Positions 33,067 through 34,215 of a stretch of 34,215 bases of DNA are shown in pieces. The stretch is from positions 1-34,215 of IMG/VR virus record IMGVR_UViG_3300032233_001131. One strand, 5' to 3'. Positions within the stretch are counted from its first letter, which is position 1. Each line of letters begins with the position of its first letter. A model generated the notes under the pieces. That model was not told the origin of the DNA. It made no database searches and was given only the letters and a program-made list of their open reading frames with translations. Origin of the DNA: a virus (taxonomy: Duplodnaviria; Caudoviricetes). The position numbers were made by a program, and so were the translations under genes.

Positions 33067-34194
33067 ATGGGGAACAAGCGTGCGTACGGTTCAGGCTCAA
33101 TCAGCGAACTTCGGCCGGGTGTGTACAAGTTGCGGTGGCGTGTCGGCGTCGACCCGATGACCGGCAAGCACCGAATGAAGTCCGAGACGTTCACCGGCAC
33201 CAGCAAGCAGGCCCAGCGCCGACTAGGGGAGTGCGTGTCGGCGGTGCCGACTTCGACATCGGTGGCAACCGTCGGCCAGCTCCGCACCGAGTGGGCCCGG
33301 GTGGCGAACGTGTCCGAGTCGACGATGGAGCGATACGACTTCTCGCTGCGCCATGTGCCGGCTGGACTGTGGAAGATGCGCGCCGACGCTGTCACCCCGC
33401 CGATGATCGCCGACTGCTACCGCCATCTCACCGACGCAGGCGTGCAGCCCCAGGGCGTCGCGAAGGCGTACACGGCACTGTCAAGCATGTTCCGCCACGG
33501 TGTCGAATGGGGCTGGATCGACCGCAACCCATGCGCCAACGTGAGACGCCCAACGCTGGAGCCCACCGAGTACGTCGTGCCGACACCGGCCGACCTGCTG
33601 AGAATGTTCGACCTTGCCGCCGCCAAGAGCGACAGCCAGTCGGTGTGGCTGCGCCTCGCGATGGCGACCGGCGCACGTCGCGGCGAAGTGCTTGCCCTGC
33701 GCTGGTGCGACATCGACCTCGAGCGTGGTGCGATCAGCATCACCGGCTCCATGGGCAAGAAGGGCCGGGGTGCGACCAAGAACCGACAGTCGGTACGCCT
33801 GGTCGCCATCGACGCCGACACGCTCGCCCTACTGCGCCAATGGCGTCGCATGTGCGCCGAGCGTTCGCTGACATTGGGTGTGCATGTCGGCGACGAGTGG
33901 CACGTCGTATCCGACGATCCCGAGTCCGGTCGGCCGGTGCTGTTGAACACCGCAACGCACCGGCTCAACCGTCTGGCGAAGGCCGCAGGTTGCCCCGGCG
34001 CACGACTCCACGATCTCCGTCATGCTCACGCCACGATGCTGCTGGAGGCCGGTGTGTCGACACGCACAGTCGCTGATCGGTTGGGACACTCACGGGTGTC
34101 AACGACCACGGACATTTACGGGCATGTCCTCGCCAAAGCCGACGAAGCTGCCGCCGCCACGTTCGCGACGTTGCTGAACGCATCACACCGCTGA
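33067..34194 (+). CDS. int: Tyrosine integrase
   Basis: Arm-binding N-terminus GSGSI; catalytic motifs TGARRGEVLAL, TKN, HDLRH, LGHS, TDIYGH. Confidence 0.96.
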   Translation: MGNKRAYGSGSISELRPGVYKLRWRVGVDPMTGKHRMKSETFTGTSKQAQRRLGECVSAVPTSTSVATVGQLRTEWARVANVSESTMERYDFSLRHVPAGLWKMRADAVTPPMIADCYRHLTDAGVQPQGVAKAYTALSSMFRHGVEWGWIDRNPCANVRRPTLEPTEYVVPTPADLLRMFDLAAAKSDSQSVWLRLAMATGARRGEVLALRWCDIDLERGAISITGSMGKKGRGATKNRQSVRLVAIDADTLALLRQWRRMCAERSLTLGVHVGDEWHVVSDDPESGRPVLLNTATHRLNRLAKAAGCPGARLHDLRHAHATMLLEAGVSTRTVADRLGHSRVSTTTDIYGHVLAKADEAAAATFATLLNASHR

Positions 34195-34215
34195 CCTGCG
34201 GTTGTAGGACTTTTC

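Noticed and set aside
33006-34076. 356-aa alternative-frame ORF over the integrase
   Set aside because: Arg/Pro-rich off-frame shadow with no motifs.
33965-34215. Direct circular join making the repressor continue in frame into the minus-strand ORF 33965-34186
   Set aside because: This would overlap the integrase catalytic region antisense by ~230 bp, and no terminal repeat supports the join; a one-in-three frame coincidence is more likely.

Overview
Near-complete genome of a high-GC temperate siphophage of an actinobacterial host (WhiB gene, leaderless-type promoters, no LysB), apparently in the excised/virion form because attP is intact. Order: truncated XRE repressor (minus strand, left edge), Xis, early and replication genes (PD-(D/E)XK exonuclease, putative SSB, WhiB, RuvC-like resolvase, secreted SLT, NDT-DUF559 fusion, Prim-Pol/helicase with an internal iteron origin), HNH, putative cos region, terminases, HK97-type head genes with a four-gene fibre-like insert, a glycosyltransferase/methyltransferase cassette, a minimal tail module, lysis genes, a metallophosphoesterase module, a terminator, attP (3' half of tRNA-Val(TAC)) and a tyrosine integrase. 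The most unusual signals are: (1) a 62-nt D-arm-less tRNA-like element with encoded CCA behind a boxB-like hairpin at 3004-3082; (2) a GT4-GT2 / GT17 / double-methyltransferase cassette after the capsid gene, with an NDT-sequon repeat protein as a candidate substrate; (3) a nucleoside-deoxyribosyltransferase-like domain fused to a DUF559 nuclease. All family calls come from motif recognition by eye; no database searches were run.
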